Under the pieces are notes generated by a model, which was not told the origin of the DNA, ran no database searches, and saw only the letters and a program-made list of their open reading frames with translations. A program made the position numbers and the translations under genes. This document shows, one piece after another, positions 29,375 through 42,612 of a stretch of 64,000 nucleotides of DNA. Position 1 is the first letter of the stretch; every line of letters begins with the position of its first letter. Origin of the DNA: the human T2T-CHM13v2.0 reference genome, Homo sapiens; the NCBI RefSeq assembly GCF_009914755.1, contig NC_060934.1. One strand, 5' to 3'.

Positions 29375-31620
29375 TGACTCAGCAGAGTTAGGGAAGGGGA
29401 GGGTGACTCAGCAGAGTGAGGAAAGGGGGCAGTGACTTCACAGAGTGAGGGAAGGGGACAGTGACTTCACAGAGTGAGGGAAGGGGGCAGTGACTTCACA
29501 GAGGGAAGAGGAGGGTGACTTCACAGAGTGAGGGAAGGGGGCAGTGACTTCACAGAGTGAGGGAAGGGGACAGTGACTTCACAGAGTGAGGAAAGGGACA
29601 GTGACTTCACAGAGTGAGGGAAGGGGGCAGTGACTTCACAGAGTGAGGGAAGGGGGCAGTGACTTCACAGAGTGAGGGAAGAGGAGGGTGACTTCACAGA
29701 GTGAGGGAAGGGGACAGTGACTTCAAAGAGTGAGGGAAGAGGAGGGTGACTTCACAGAGTGAGGGAAGAGGAGGGTGACTTCAAAGAGTGAGGGAAGGGA
29801 TGGTGACTCACAGAGTGAGGGAAGGGGACAGTGACTTCACAGAGTGAGGAAAGGGACAGTGACTTCACAGAGTGAGGGAAGGGGACAGTGACTTCACAGA
29901 GTGAGGGAAGGGGGCAGTGACTTCACAGAGTGAGGGAAGGGGGCGGTGACTTCACAGAGTGAGGGAAGAGGAGGGTGACTTCACAGAGTGAGGGAAGGGG
30001 ACAGTGACTTCACAGAGGGAAGAGGAGGGTGACTTCACAGAGTGAGGGAAGGGGGCAGTGACTTCACAGAGTGAGGGAAGGGGACAGTGACTTCAAAGAG
30101 TGAGGGAAGAGGAGGGTGACTTCACAGAGTGAGGGAAGGGGGCAGTGACTTCACAGAGTGAGGGAAGAGGAGGGTGACTTCACAGAGTGAGGGAAGGGGG
30201 CAGTGACTTCACAGAGTGAGGGAAGGGGACAGTGACTTCAAAGAGTGAGGGAAGGGGAGGGTGACTTCACAGAGTGAGGGAAGAGGAGGGTGACTTCAAA
30301 GAGTGAGGGAAGGGATGGTGACTCACAGAGTGAGGGAAGGGGACAGTGACTTCACAGAGTGAGGAAAGGGACAGTGACTTCACAGAGTGAGGGAAGGGGA
30401 CAGTGACTTCACAGAGTGAGGGAAGGGGGCAGTGACTTCACAGAGTGAGGGAAGGGGGCGGTGACTTCACAGAGTGAGGGAAGAGGAGGGTGACTTCACA
30501 GAGTGAGGGAAGGGGACAGTGACTTCACAGAGGGAAGAGGAGGGTGACTTCACAGAGTGAGGGAAGGGGGCAGTGACTTCACAGAGTGAGGGAAGGGGAC
30601 AGTGACTTCAAAGAGTGAGGGAAGAGGAGGGTGACTTCACAGAGTGAGGGAAGGGGGCAGTGACTTCACAGAGTGAGGGAAGAGGACGGTGACTTCACAG
30701 AGTGAGGGAAGAGGAGGGTGACTTCAAAGAGTGAGGGAAGGGGAGGGTGACTTCACAGAGTGAGGGAAGGGACAGTGACTTCAGAGTGAGGGAAGGGGAG
30801 GGTGACTCACAGAGAGAGGGAAGGGACAGTGACTTCACAGAGTGAGGGAAGGGACAGTGACTTCACAGAGTGAGGGAAGAGGACGGTGACTTCACAGAGT
30901 GAGGGAAGAGGACGGTGACTTCACAGAGTGAGGGAAGGGGACGGTGACTTCACAGAGTGAGGGAAGGGGACGGTGACTTCACAGAGTGAGGGAAGGGACG
31001 GTGACTTCACAGAGTGAGGGAAGGGGACAGTGACTTCACAGAGTGAGGGAAGGGGACGGTGACTTCACAGAGTGAGGGAAGGGACGGTGACTTCACAGAG
31101 TGAGGGAAGGGACGGTGACTTCACAGAGTGAGGGAAGGGACGGTGACTTCACAGAGTGAGGGAAGGGGACAGTGACTTCACAGAGTGAGGGAAGGGACGG
31201 TGACTTCACAGAGTGAGGGAAGGGACGGTGACTTCACAGAGTGAGGGAAGGGGACGGTGACTTCACAGAGTGAGGGAAGGGACGGTGACTTCACAGAGTG
31301 AGGGAAGGGACGGTGACTTCACAGAGTGAGGGAAGGGACGGTGACTTCACAGAGTGAGGGAAGGGACGGTGACTTCACAGAGTGAGGGAAGGGACGGTGA
31401 CTTCACAGAGTGAGGGAAGGGGACGGTGACTTCACAGAGTGAGGGAAGAGGACGGTGACTTCACAGAGTGAGGGAAGGGGAGGGTGACTTCACAGAGTGA
31501 GGGAAGGGACGGTGACTTCACAGAGTGAGGGAAGGGTAGCATGACTTCACAGAGTGAGGGAAGGGACGGTGACTTCACAGAGTGAGGGAAGGGTAGCATG
31601 ACTTCACAGAGTGAGGGAAG
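29375..31620. repeat. Minisatellite/VNTR, 28-29 bp unit GTGACTTCACAGAGTGAGGGAAGGGGACA, roughly 78 copies
   Basis: Period 29 (e.g. 29432, 29461); variant units; purine-rich + strand. Confidence 0.98.
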
Positions 31621-31829
31621 ACTGAACAGGACAGAAGAGCCGGGGTGATGGATTTAGATGTGGGATCCTTGATTGGTCTCTGAGACATAAGAAGGACGTT
31701 AGTGAAAAAACAGATAAAATCCTCAAGTCTGCAGTTTGGGGCATGTGGAAATGTCAGTTTCTCAGGTTTGATAAAGGGACCCTGGTTACGTCAGTGTTAA
31801 TATCAGGGAATCCTGGGGTATCAGCATAA

Positions 31830-32075
<246 letters not shown>

Positions 32076-33126
32076 TAGAAATGATGTAGAAGCAAACAGT
32101 AGTAGAACTGCTGCTGCGTCCTCACAGAACATCTGTATTTAATAAAGTCTAGTTTATGATTTGCTGGGGTACCTGAAAGACCCTAGCCAGGTGTGAGAGA
32201 GAGTTGGATTTGAATTCTTATTAAAATCATTCTTTGTAATGGAAATTTGGGCAAGTTATTTGACTTCTAAACTAAAATACCTCATATGTAAAGTAATTTT
32301 ATTAAAGATTACTGTAAAGATTAAATGAGAAAAATATATAAAGCATTAAGTACATAAAAAGAATAGTTTCTTCTATCTCCTTATTTGTGTCTAAATGAAA
32401 ACCAAAATATGCAGTTAATTATATGGGTATATTAGCCAAAAGAGATACGAAAACCTAGGTAGAAGAAAGGGACATTTAAATAATTTTAAAGCTATAATTT
32501 CTGATAAAGATCTATATCAAATACATCATTCCTTTTTCTTTCACTTGGTTTATTAAGTTCATCTAGGGTTTATCTACTCGAGTGAAGTAAAATAAAATAT
32601 TCAATTAGTACAGTGAATACAGGTGACCAGCCAGATGATCCAAACGACAATCTGGTTTTTTCTCATTGGCTCCTTTTTCATACATAAAATTTTCCAAATA
32701 ATTTGATTTTCTTATCAGTTTGACTTATGCAAATACAGACTTAACGTGGCTTACTTATGACTATATTGTATTTACAGTTGTTCCTAATGGCTTTCTAAGA
32801 TCTCTTTTTCTGTGTTTATTATTAGGGCCAATTCTTGAAATCATTTACTTCTTTCCACACTGACAGAATCCTGCATGTCTTCAATTTTCAGTTACTAACT
32901 TTTGAGAGAGGTTTTTCTATGACATAGGAAACATAGTTGACTTTTGATTATTTTATTTTTGATTATTTTATGGTGGCTTGACCTGGTCTTCAATATCTTC
33001 CCTTTATATGTCTTATATTTTAAAATATAATAATAATCTCATTTGCATTTAATTAATTTTTTCTAATTTTTTTTGAATAAGTTTACGGCTGGGATTTCAT
33101 GGCAAAAGGCTTAGCATATTTTGATC

Positions 33127-33434
33127 TTTTTTTTGTTTGTTTGTTTTTGAGACAGGGTCTCACTGTTGCCCTGCCTGGAGTGCAGTGGTGTGAACAGAGC
33201 AGGCTGTAGCTTTGACTTTCTGGACTCAGGTGATCCTCTCACCTCAGCCTCTCAAGTAGCTGGGACTAGAGGTGCGTGCCACCTTGCCTGGCTAATTTTT
33301 TTAATTGTTATTTTTTCGTAGAGACAGGGTTTCACCATGTTGCCCAGCCTGGTTCAAACTCCTGGGATCAAATAATCCCCTGCCTCGGTCTCCCAAAGTG
33401 CTGGAATCACAGGCACGAGCTACTGCACCAGGGC
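33127..33434 (-). mobile_element. AluJ
   Basis: Diverged antisense dimeric Alu. Confidence 0.9.
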
Positions 33435-33743
33435 TATTTTAAGTGGAAATGAGATCCAAGTTAATTCCAAGTTTATTTCCAAGGTCAAGGATTGAAGGAT
33501 GATACGTGGTAAATTCACGTGAGAGTTGGATATGGCCTTTGGAAGGAGCTCTCACATGCCCCAGGAATAACTGGACATGGAGTAGGGACAGAGTGGTGTC
33601 AGTGACAGGAGTGAGCCCCAGGGAGAGAATCCTTTTTGTTTTAAACCACAGAAGACACTTCAGTAAGAGAAGGTAGAAACAAGAAGCAAGTGGGGGATTG
33701 ACGTGCTTGGATCCCACAAACGAGTTTAAAAGTATTAGAAGCA

Positions 33744-34062
<319 letters not shown>

Positions 34063-34148
34063 TCAGAATATGAAGCCAGGAGCCTGGAAAGCAAGAACGA
34101 GAGAATTGATATGAAGTGGTGAGAGTCAGAAGCTGCTCAGGAGGACTG

Positions 34149-35035
34149 CTGTATTTCCCGGCAGCCTCTGCGTGGGCAGCAGCGGGGTAGGCGGCCGAGT
34201 CTCCCAGGCCACGGACCTGTATTTCCCGGCAGCCTCTGCGTGGGCAGCAGCGGGGTAGGCGGCCGAGTCTCCCAGGCCACGGACCTGTATTTCCCGGCAG
34301 CCTCTGCGTGGGCAGCAGCGGGGTAGGCGGCTGAGTCTCCCGGGCCAGGGACCTGTATTTCCCGGCAACCTCTGCGTGGGCAGCAGCGGGGTAGGCGGCC
34401 GAGTCTCCCGGGCCACGGACCTGTATTTCCCGGCAACCTCTGCGTGGGCAGCAGCGGGATAGGCGGCCGAGTCTCCCGGGCCACGGACCTGTATTTCCCG
34501 GCAGCCTCTGTGTGGGCAGCAGCGGGGTAGGTGGCCGAGTCTCCCGGGCCACGGACCTGTATTTCCAGGCAGCCTCTGCAGTGGGCAGCAGCGGGGTAGG
34601 TGGCCGAGTCTCCCGGGCCACGGACCTGTATTTCCCGGCAGCCTCTGTGTGGGCAGCAGCGGGATAGGCGGCCGAGTCTCCCGGGCCACGGACCTGTATT
34701 TCCAGGCAGCCTCTGCAGTGGGCAGCAGCGGGGTAGGTGGCCGAGTCTCCCGGGCCACGGACCTGTATTTCCCGGCAGCCTCTGTGTGGGCAGCAGCGGG
34801 ATAGGCGGCCGAGTCTCCCGGGCCACGGACCTGTATTTCCCGGCAGCCTCTGTGTGGGCACCAGCGGGATAGGCGGCCGAGTCTCCCGGGCCACGGACCT
34901 GTATTTCCCGGCAGCCTCTGTGTGGGCACCAGCGGGATAGGCGGCCGAGTCTCCCGGGCCACGGACCTGTATTTCCCGGCAGCCTCTGCAGTGGGCAGCA
35001 GAGGGATAGGCGGCCGAGTTTCCCAGGCCCCGGAC
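34149..35035. repeat. CpG-rich VNTR, 68/69-bp unit, 13 copies
   Basis: Unit CTGTATTTCCCGGCAGCCTCTGCGTGGGCAGCAGCGGGGTAGGCGGCCGAGTCTCCCRGGCCACGGAC at 34149, 34217, 34285 and onward; 69-bp variant carries CTGCAGTGGG. Confidence 0.98.
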
Positions 35036-35128
35036 GGGACAGATTGGATCGCACCTGTCACAGCCACGCTCTGGAATAGCGAGGGCCCAGCGTCCCCAGG
35101 CCCAGGGTGAGGAGAATCCCTGCCACAC

Positions 35129-36728
35129 TGTGTCTGGAATTGGTGGGTTCTTGGTCTCACTGACTTCAAGAATGAAGCCGCGGACCCTCACGGTGAGTGT
35201 TACAGTTCTTAAAGGTGGCGCGTCCAGAGTTTGTTCCTTCTGATGTTCGGATGTATTCGGAGTTGCTTCCTTCTGGTGGGTTTGTGGTCTCACTGGATGA
35301 GGAGTGAAGCTGCGGGCCCTCGCAGCGAGTGTTACAGTTCTTAAGGCGGCGCGTCTGGAGCTGTTCGTTCCTCCCGGTGGGTTCGTGGTCTTGCTGGCTC
35401 AGGAGTGAAGCTGCAGACCTTCATGGTGTTACAGCTCTTAAAGTGGCATGTCTGGAGTTGCTCGTTCTTCCTGGTGGGTTCGTGGTCTTGCTGACTTCAG
35501 GAGTGAAGCTGCAGACCTTCGGGGTGAGTGTTACACCTCTTAAGGCGGCGCGTCTGGAGTTGTTTGTTCCTCCCGGTGGGTTCGTGGTCTCTCTGGCTTC
35601 AGGAGTGAAGCTGCAGACCTTCGTGGTGTTACAGCTCATAAAGGCAGTGTAGACCCGAAGAGTGAGCAGCAGCAAGATTTATTGCAAAGAGTGAAAGAAC
35701 AAAGCTTCCACAGTGTGGAAGGGGACCTGAGCTGGTTGCCATGGCTGGTTCGGGCAGCCTGCTTTTATTCTCTTACCTGGCCCCACCCACATCCTGCTGA
35801 TTGGTCCATTTTACAGAGAGCTGATTGGTCTGTTTTGACAGGGTGCTGATTGGTGCGTTTACAATCCCTGAGTTAGACACAAAAGTTCTCCAGGTCCCCA
35901 CTAGATTAGCTAGATACAGAGTGTCTGTTGGTGTATTTACAAACCCTGAGCTAGACACAGAGTGCTGATTGGTGCATTTACAAACCTTGAGCTAGATACA
36001 GAGTGCCGATTGGTGCATTCATAATCCCTTAGCTAGACATAAAGGTTCTCCAAGTCCCCATTAGACTCAGGAGCCCAGCTGGCTTCACCCAGTGGATCCC
36101 ACACCTGGGCTGCAGGTGGAGCTGCCTGCCAGTCCCAGGCCGTGCGCCCGCACTCCTTAGCCCTTGGGCGGTTGATGGGACCGGGCGCCGTGGAGCAGTG
36201 GGCAGCGCTCGTCGGGGAGGCTGGGGCCACGCAGGAGTGCACGGCAGGGGAGTTGGGGGGAGACTCAGGCATGGCAGGCTGCAGGTCCCCAGCCCTGCCC
36301 CACGGGGAGGCAGTCAAGGCCTGGAGAGAAATGGAGCCCAGCGCCAGTGGGCTAGCACTGCTGGGGGACCCGGCGCACCCTCTGCACCTGCTGGCCTGGG
36401 TGCTAAGCCCCTCACTGCCCTGGGCAGGCAGGGCCGGCCGGCCGGCCAGCCGCTCAGAGTGTGGGCCCGCCAAGCCCACGCCCACCCAGAACTCGAGCTG
36501 GCCCGCAAGCGCCACATGCAGCCCTGGTTACTGCCCATGCCTCTCCCTCCACACCTCCCGGCAAGCCGAGGGAGCCGGCTCCGGGCTCGGCCAGCCCAGA
36601 GAAGGGCTCCCACGGTGCGGCGGCGGGCTGAAGGGCTCCTCAAGCGTGGCCAGAATGGGTGCCAACACCGAAGAGGCACCGAGAGCGAGCGAGGGCTGCG
36701 AGGGCTGCCAGCATGCTGTCACCTCTCA
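35129..36728 (-). mobile_element. ERV9 solo LTR (LTR12C/D-type), full length, 1600 bp
   Basis: Minus-strand 5' end TGAGAGGTGACAGCATGCTGGCAGCCC and 3' end ...CCAATTCCAGACACA; U5 tandem repeats 35160-35650; perfect 4-bp TSD acac at 35125-35128 and 36729-36732. Confidence 0.95.
35760..36015 (-). promoter_or_regulatory. LTR12 promoter/enhancer: AATAAA-type TATA box, CACCC box, five CCAAT (NF-Y) boxes
   Basis: TTTTATT 35763-35769; ccccaccc 35781-35788; ATTGG at ~35800, 35824, 35849, 35968, 36009. Confidence 0.75.
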
Positions 36729-37943
36729 ACACCAGGCAGTTGCTGAGGCGGGAGGGAAACTTCTATGCACGTTCTCTCAGGCTCTGTCCTTTCCAGGGCA
36801 CAAAGCACCCGGAGTGGAGCGGGAGGTGGTTAAGCGAGAGAGTCCTGCAGCAACGTGGTCAGGCTTCTCTTTCCAGACTGTGGGGTCCAAGGAGCTGTCT
36901 GTGGAATTAGGGTGGGCTCAGGAGGCTTCAGGAAGCTGCGCAAAGAGGATCGGGTGCCCAAGGTGGAGTCACGGGAGTCAAAGATCTGTGGGGTCAATAG
37001 TGCCCTCGACCTTGTGTGGTTCCAAGGAGCAATCTTCTACATTACAACGCGGTCATTTAATATGTACTAAACTCAACACACAGCTGGCGGGCTGCCTGGT
37101 CAGAGATGACTTTTCCCGTGTCTGGCGGTGGGCTGTACATGAAGGGCACTGTCATTTCTCAGGGAAGGATGTTCTGATGAATCTCTTGGGCAGGCTGCGA
37201 TTCCCCAGGTACCCCCGACTTCTGCAGTGGAAGTGGCGCTTGGTGATGCACATGACCTTTGGGGACAGAAATGTTGGTTGCTGACAAATGTCATGTTCTG
37301 GGTGGAAGAATGCAGTGAACGGATGTTGACCAACTTTCGGTGGTGACGTAGGTAGACCGGCCATGTTACTTGTTGGACAAGATGGAAGCTCCATCAGTCA
37401 CGAGTTTGAGAGTGAGGTGATGCCGTTTGCATCTGGGTGTGGGGAGACATCACCAGTGTCCTACTGAACTAAGACTTTAATTTTCTCTAATTGGAACTCA
37501 GGAGGCTGTATTGGGTGAGATAGAGAAGAACTTCCTTTCTGGAGAAGGTGGTGGTGGTATGGAGATGGGGACTGATGCAGGGAAGAGAGTTTGCCTGTTG
37601 ATGTGAAATTCAATCCCTCAGGGCTGATGGGTGTGGACACGGGTGTGGACACGGGAGGGGTGAGTGCTGTGCATAGCAGACTCTCAACGTCCGGAGCACT
37701 AGCTGGCTGAGGACCACACGGTCCGCTGCAGTAGAAAGCTGTCTCTCTGCTCTAAAGATGAGCGCTGACATGGCAGGGCGGGGCCACACCTACAGATTAT
37801 CAAGACCTCAGGAGTTCGGGTTTTTAAAAGTGGAAATTCCCCCAATTAAAAAAAATGGCATATATTTCAATTAAAATACTGCATGGGCCAAAGAAAACAC
37901 AACGGCCAGCCAGACCTGGTTCCTGTGCCACTGCTTTGCTGTC

Positions 37944-38487
37944 TGTGATGGTGAATATTCAGCGTCAAGTTGATTGGATTGAAGGATGCAAAGTATTGAT
38001 TCTGGGTGTGTCTGTGGGGGTGTTGCCAAAAGAGATTAACATTTAAGTCAGTGGGCTGGGAAAGGCAGACCCACCCTCAGTCTGGGTGGGCACCATCTAA
38101 TCAGCTGCCAGCATGGCTAGGATAAAAGCAGGCAGAGGAATGTGGAAGGACTGGACAGGCTGAGTCTTCTGGCCTCCATCTTTCTTCCGTGCTGGATGCT
38201 TCCTCCCCTTGAACACTGGACTCCAAGTTCTTCAGCTTTGGGCTCTTGAACTTACACCAGTGGTTTGCCAGGGGCTGTTGGGCCTTCAGCAACAGACTGA
38301 AGGCTGCACTATCGGCTTCCCTACTTTAGAGGTCTTGGGACTCAAACTGGCTTCCTTACTCCTCAGCTTGCAGACGGCCTATTGTGGGACTTCACCTTGT
38401 GATCATGTGAGTCAATACTCCTTAATAAACTCCCTTCATATATACATCTATCCTATGAGTCCTGTCCCTCTAGAGAGTACTAATACA
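37944..38487 (+). mobile_element. HERVL solo LTR (MLT2A1/A2)
   Basis: TGTGATGG...ttgattggattgaaggatgcaaagtattg...TAATACA; perfect 5-bp TSD ctgtc. Confidence 0.9.
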
Positions 38488-38787
38488 CTGTCTCTGGGTG
38501 GAATCATCCAGTGATGTGGGCAACCCCATAGCTCTCAAGGTGCTGAGGTGGGCAGAGGCAGGAGCAGCACTGGGGACAGCTGTGGGCAGGAGCTTGGGGC
38601 TGTGTTCCATGGCTCTGCAGGCCTCTAGTGCCTGCCTGTGGCCTAGTGCTGGCATCATTAGAACTCAGGCACCCGTAGGTTGAATGAAGAATAGGCAACC
38701 ACCAGAATTTGTCTGTAATGACCACCAGAGCTGGGAGGAGCCAAGCTTTCTCATGTCAGGAGATGAAGCCATGCACTGTGTTAGGGA

Positions 38788-39203
38788 GCTGAGGTTTGGA
38801 TATTCACCCCTCCCAAATTCACGCAAAATTCCCAACACGGCAGTATTGAGAGGTGGGCCTTTAAGAGGTGATTGGATTATGAGGTGTCTGTCTTGAAGAA
38901 TGGATTAATGCCTTCAAGGGTTAATGGATTAATCCTCTCATGGATTAGTGGGTAATCACAGGAGAGGGGCTGTGTCTCTACAGGAAGAGGAGAGAGCTGG
39001 GCCAGCATGCTCAGCACCTCACCATGAGATGACCCCTCAGGACTCTGTGGAGAGCCCCCACCAGTAAGAGGGCCTTTGCCAGATGCGGCCACTTGACCCT
39101 GAACTTCACGGCCTTCGGGATTGGGAGAAATAAATTCATTTAAAAAAAAAATTACCCAGTTTCAGGTATTTTGTTATATGCAACAGATAACCAAACTGAG
39201 ACA
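38788..39203 (+). mobile_element. MaLR solo LTR (MSTB/MSTC-like)
   Basis: ggtttggatattcacccctcccaaattca...gaggtgggcctttaagaggtgattgg...attacccagtttcaggtattttgttata...ctgagaca. Confidence 0.8.
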
Positions 39204-39548
39204 TAGGATGTGTCCAGAGCTGAGTTGATACACTGGCTCAGAAGCATTTTTGAAAGTTCTGAGTGGCAGCATTTGCCAGTCTCCATGGTGTAAACGTGCC
39301 CACCATCGCTAACTCAGGCTGCCAGCGCGACGGCAGAGAGTGGTGCTGGGAGGGGGTGCCACGCTGACCTCCCGGGAGCCCCTGTGAGCCGCTTCTACCA
39401 GTGCCCGGATGTGTTTGTTGGGATTCTGCGCCCTTTGAGTGTCTCGGGGCTCTCCTCGAGGTGCTGCCGGGCACTGCCGGGGCATGATTTCTTCGCAGGA
39501 ACTAGGGGAGCAAGAGCAGGAGCGAGCTGCCTGTGAATAAAAAAAAGG

Positions 39549-39905
<357 letters not shown>

Positions 39906-39909
39906 TTAC

Positions 39910-40060
39910 ACTGTCCTTCCCAAATCCATGCCCACCTGGGACCTCGGAGTGTGACCTTGTTTGGAAACAGGGTCTTTGTCGATCCCATTAGTTAAATTAA
40001 GATGAGGTCACACTGGATTAGGGTGGCTCTTAATCCAATGCTGGGTATCCTTGTGAGAAT
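39910..40060 (+). mobile_element. MLT1 5' fragment
   Basis: gtgtgaccttgtttggaaacagggtctttg...ttaagatgaggtcacactggattagggtgg. Confidence 0.7.
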
Positions 40061-41569
40061 GTCACATCTTAAAGGGAACAAATTCTCTACTCTAAAAAAC
40101 AAAGTTGAGAAAAAAGGCTTTAAGAGCCCTTATAGAAGGCTACTGTAACTTGTACATATTATTAGCATCTTTGTGGAAAATTACTTTGGAGATCATGTGT
40201 GCTATATTTATACACCTCATTAGTAATATTTAAAATCTACTCAAACTCTTTTACTTTGTGCCCCTCTACATTCCTTACAAATAGTTTCCCTGTTGTTCTT
40301 CCCACTTGAGTCTGGGCCAGTGAGCTTTGCGTCTCCTTTATGGTGTAGACACATCATTTTCATGTGATGAAATTCATTATGATTCATTAAATTTGATCAT
40401 AAAAAGAGCTTGGTATCCCCCTGGGGCAAGTTCATTAAAAGAATCTCTTTGGTTCCATTATGAATCATTTTCCCTTATCCAAAGGCAGCTCCGAAGATTT
40501 ACCGCGGGCAGGAGGCCCCGCAAGACAGATTCAGGAATCCAGCAGCCAAAAACTGAAGCCGGCACTGAAATTTCTGAATAAAAATATCCCAGTGGGAGAG
40601 GGAGGGCCATGTGGCTGTCTAGTGGCGCTCTGTGCTTGGTGCCAACTGCATCTCTGAGGACTGACTGGCACAGAAGGTAATTATATCATTGCACGTTGTG
40701 CAGGGAAGCGCTGGGTGGAGAATCTGTGTGAGCTGCTCATGGTGGATCTTCCCGGTAGGTCAGAGGAAATCTGTTCCATTATCCATTGAAAGATTTTACA
40801 TGCATAGCTTCTGAAAGCCACGGCTTGGAAGATAAACATTGAGACCTAAGACATTGCCTTTATATCCCCTTTTGCTTCCACAATTAGAGTGTCTCCATAG
40901 GAGTAGGAGCTTCCATTCCCTTGGCCTCTCCGGGCAGCTTAACTGAGGTGGGACATCCTGGCTATCGGCAGGTGACTTGAGTAGCGATGGCAATCATGAC
41001 AATACTATTCACCTAAAAGCCACATGCAAACATAACAGGAAGAGAGGGTTGGCTTGCAGAATACATTTCATAAGAGGGTTTCTTGGTGTCATTTGAATGC
41101 CTTTTCTGCAACCTGTCTCCACTCAAAAAATATCTGTAGTGCTGACCATATTTTAACACTTAGTGAAGAATGTGCCACTTGCTTCTTGCAAGAGAGTCAC
41201 AGCTCTGAATCAGAAGGTTATTATTCATTCGATTTTGTAGCTCGGGGCTGCCAGCAGGATGGGACCGTGCTGCCAGGGGTCGTCATATGGCTAGGGAAGG
41301 AGGGTGGGAGATGCTGTGACAGCCCTACAGCTGAGAAGGCAGCGCCAGGCCCCAGGGTGTAAGCCTGAGACCGCCTCCAAGAAGAGCCAGAGAAGGGGCT
41401 GGAAAGAACAACTAACTGGAAATAGAAAGGAGGTGTGTGTGTGCCTCAGCAGCTGCTCTCTGGAGAATCTCATCTCATCTCCTGCTCCTGGGATCCAGCT
41501 AAATCTGCAGGTGGGCTTTGGGGCCCCTGCACATGCTCTACAAACCCTACATTTACACACACGCACACA

Positions 41570-41899
<330 letters not shown>

Positions 41900-42107
41900 T
41901 GATATATGTGTTTTAAATAAACGTATTTGTTTCTTAACATTTTTAATCATTAAAAAACTTTAAGATTGCAAAATGAGAGGGGTTGGGGAAGAAGAGGAAT
42001 AATTATCTTCGGTCCAATTAACTTTGATAGATGCTGTCACTATCATTCATTTGGCTGTTTGCATCTACTGCTTTTTAATGTGATTAAAAAATGTACTTTG
42101 TATTTTG

Positions 42108-42355
42108 AAACTGTAGCTACATGGGAGGAATAAGTTCTAGTGTTCTATAACACTGTAGGGTGAACATGGTCAACAATAATGTATATTTCTGAGAAACTAG
42201 AAAAGAAGATTTTGAATGTTATCACAAAGAAATGGTAAATGTTTTAGGTGATAAATATGCTAATTACCCTGGTTTGATCGTTATGCATTGTATGTTGCTC
42301 TGTAACCCATTAATACGCATCCTTGTATATGTCAACTAAAACTAAAAAGAAAAAA
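42108..42355 (+). mobile_element. 5'-truncated L1MA-like 3' end with TSD
   Basis: ggaggaataagttctagtgttctata...tcacaaagaaatggtaaatgttttaggtga; 14-bp TSD tactttgtattttg at 42094-42107 and 42356-42369. Confidence 0.8.
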
Positions 42356-42575
42356 TACTTTGTATTTTGGAATAATTACAGAGTAACAGGAAGTTGTAAA
42401 AATAATTCATAGAGCCCCTTCACCCACCTCCCCCATGATGTCATCTTCTGTCACAAGGTCAAAGTTCAAGGTCAAAGTACAAGCTCAAAGCCAGGATGTG
42501 GATATTGGTACATAAATGTTAGCTGGATCACACAGACCTAATTCAGCGCTTACCAGTTTTTACATGCATTCGACC

Positions 42576-42612
<37 letters not shown>

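Noticed and set aside
29375-31620. CRISPR-like array of ~29-bp repeats
   Set aside because: Units are head-to-tail with no unique spacers, there are no cas genes, and the context is primate DNA; it is a minisatellite
36142-37284. 380-aa ORF
   Set aside because: First half is antisense GC-rich LTR12 U3; GTG start; no recognisable domain
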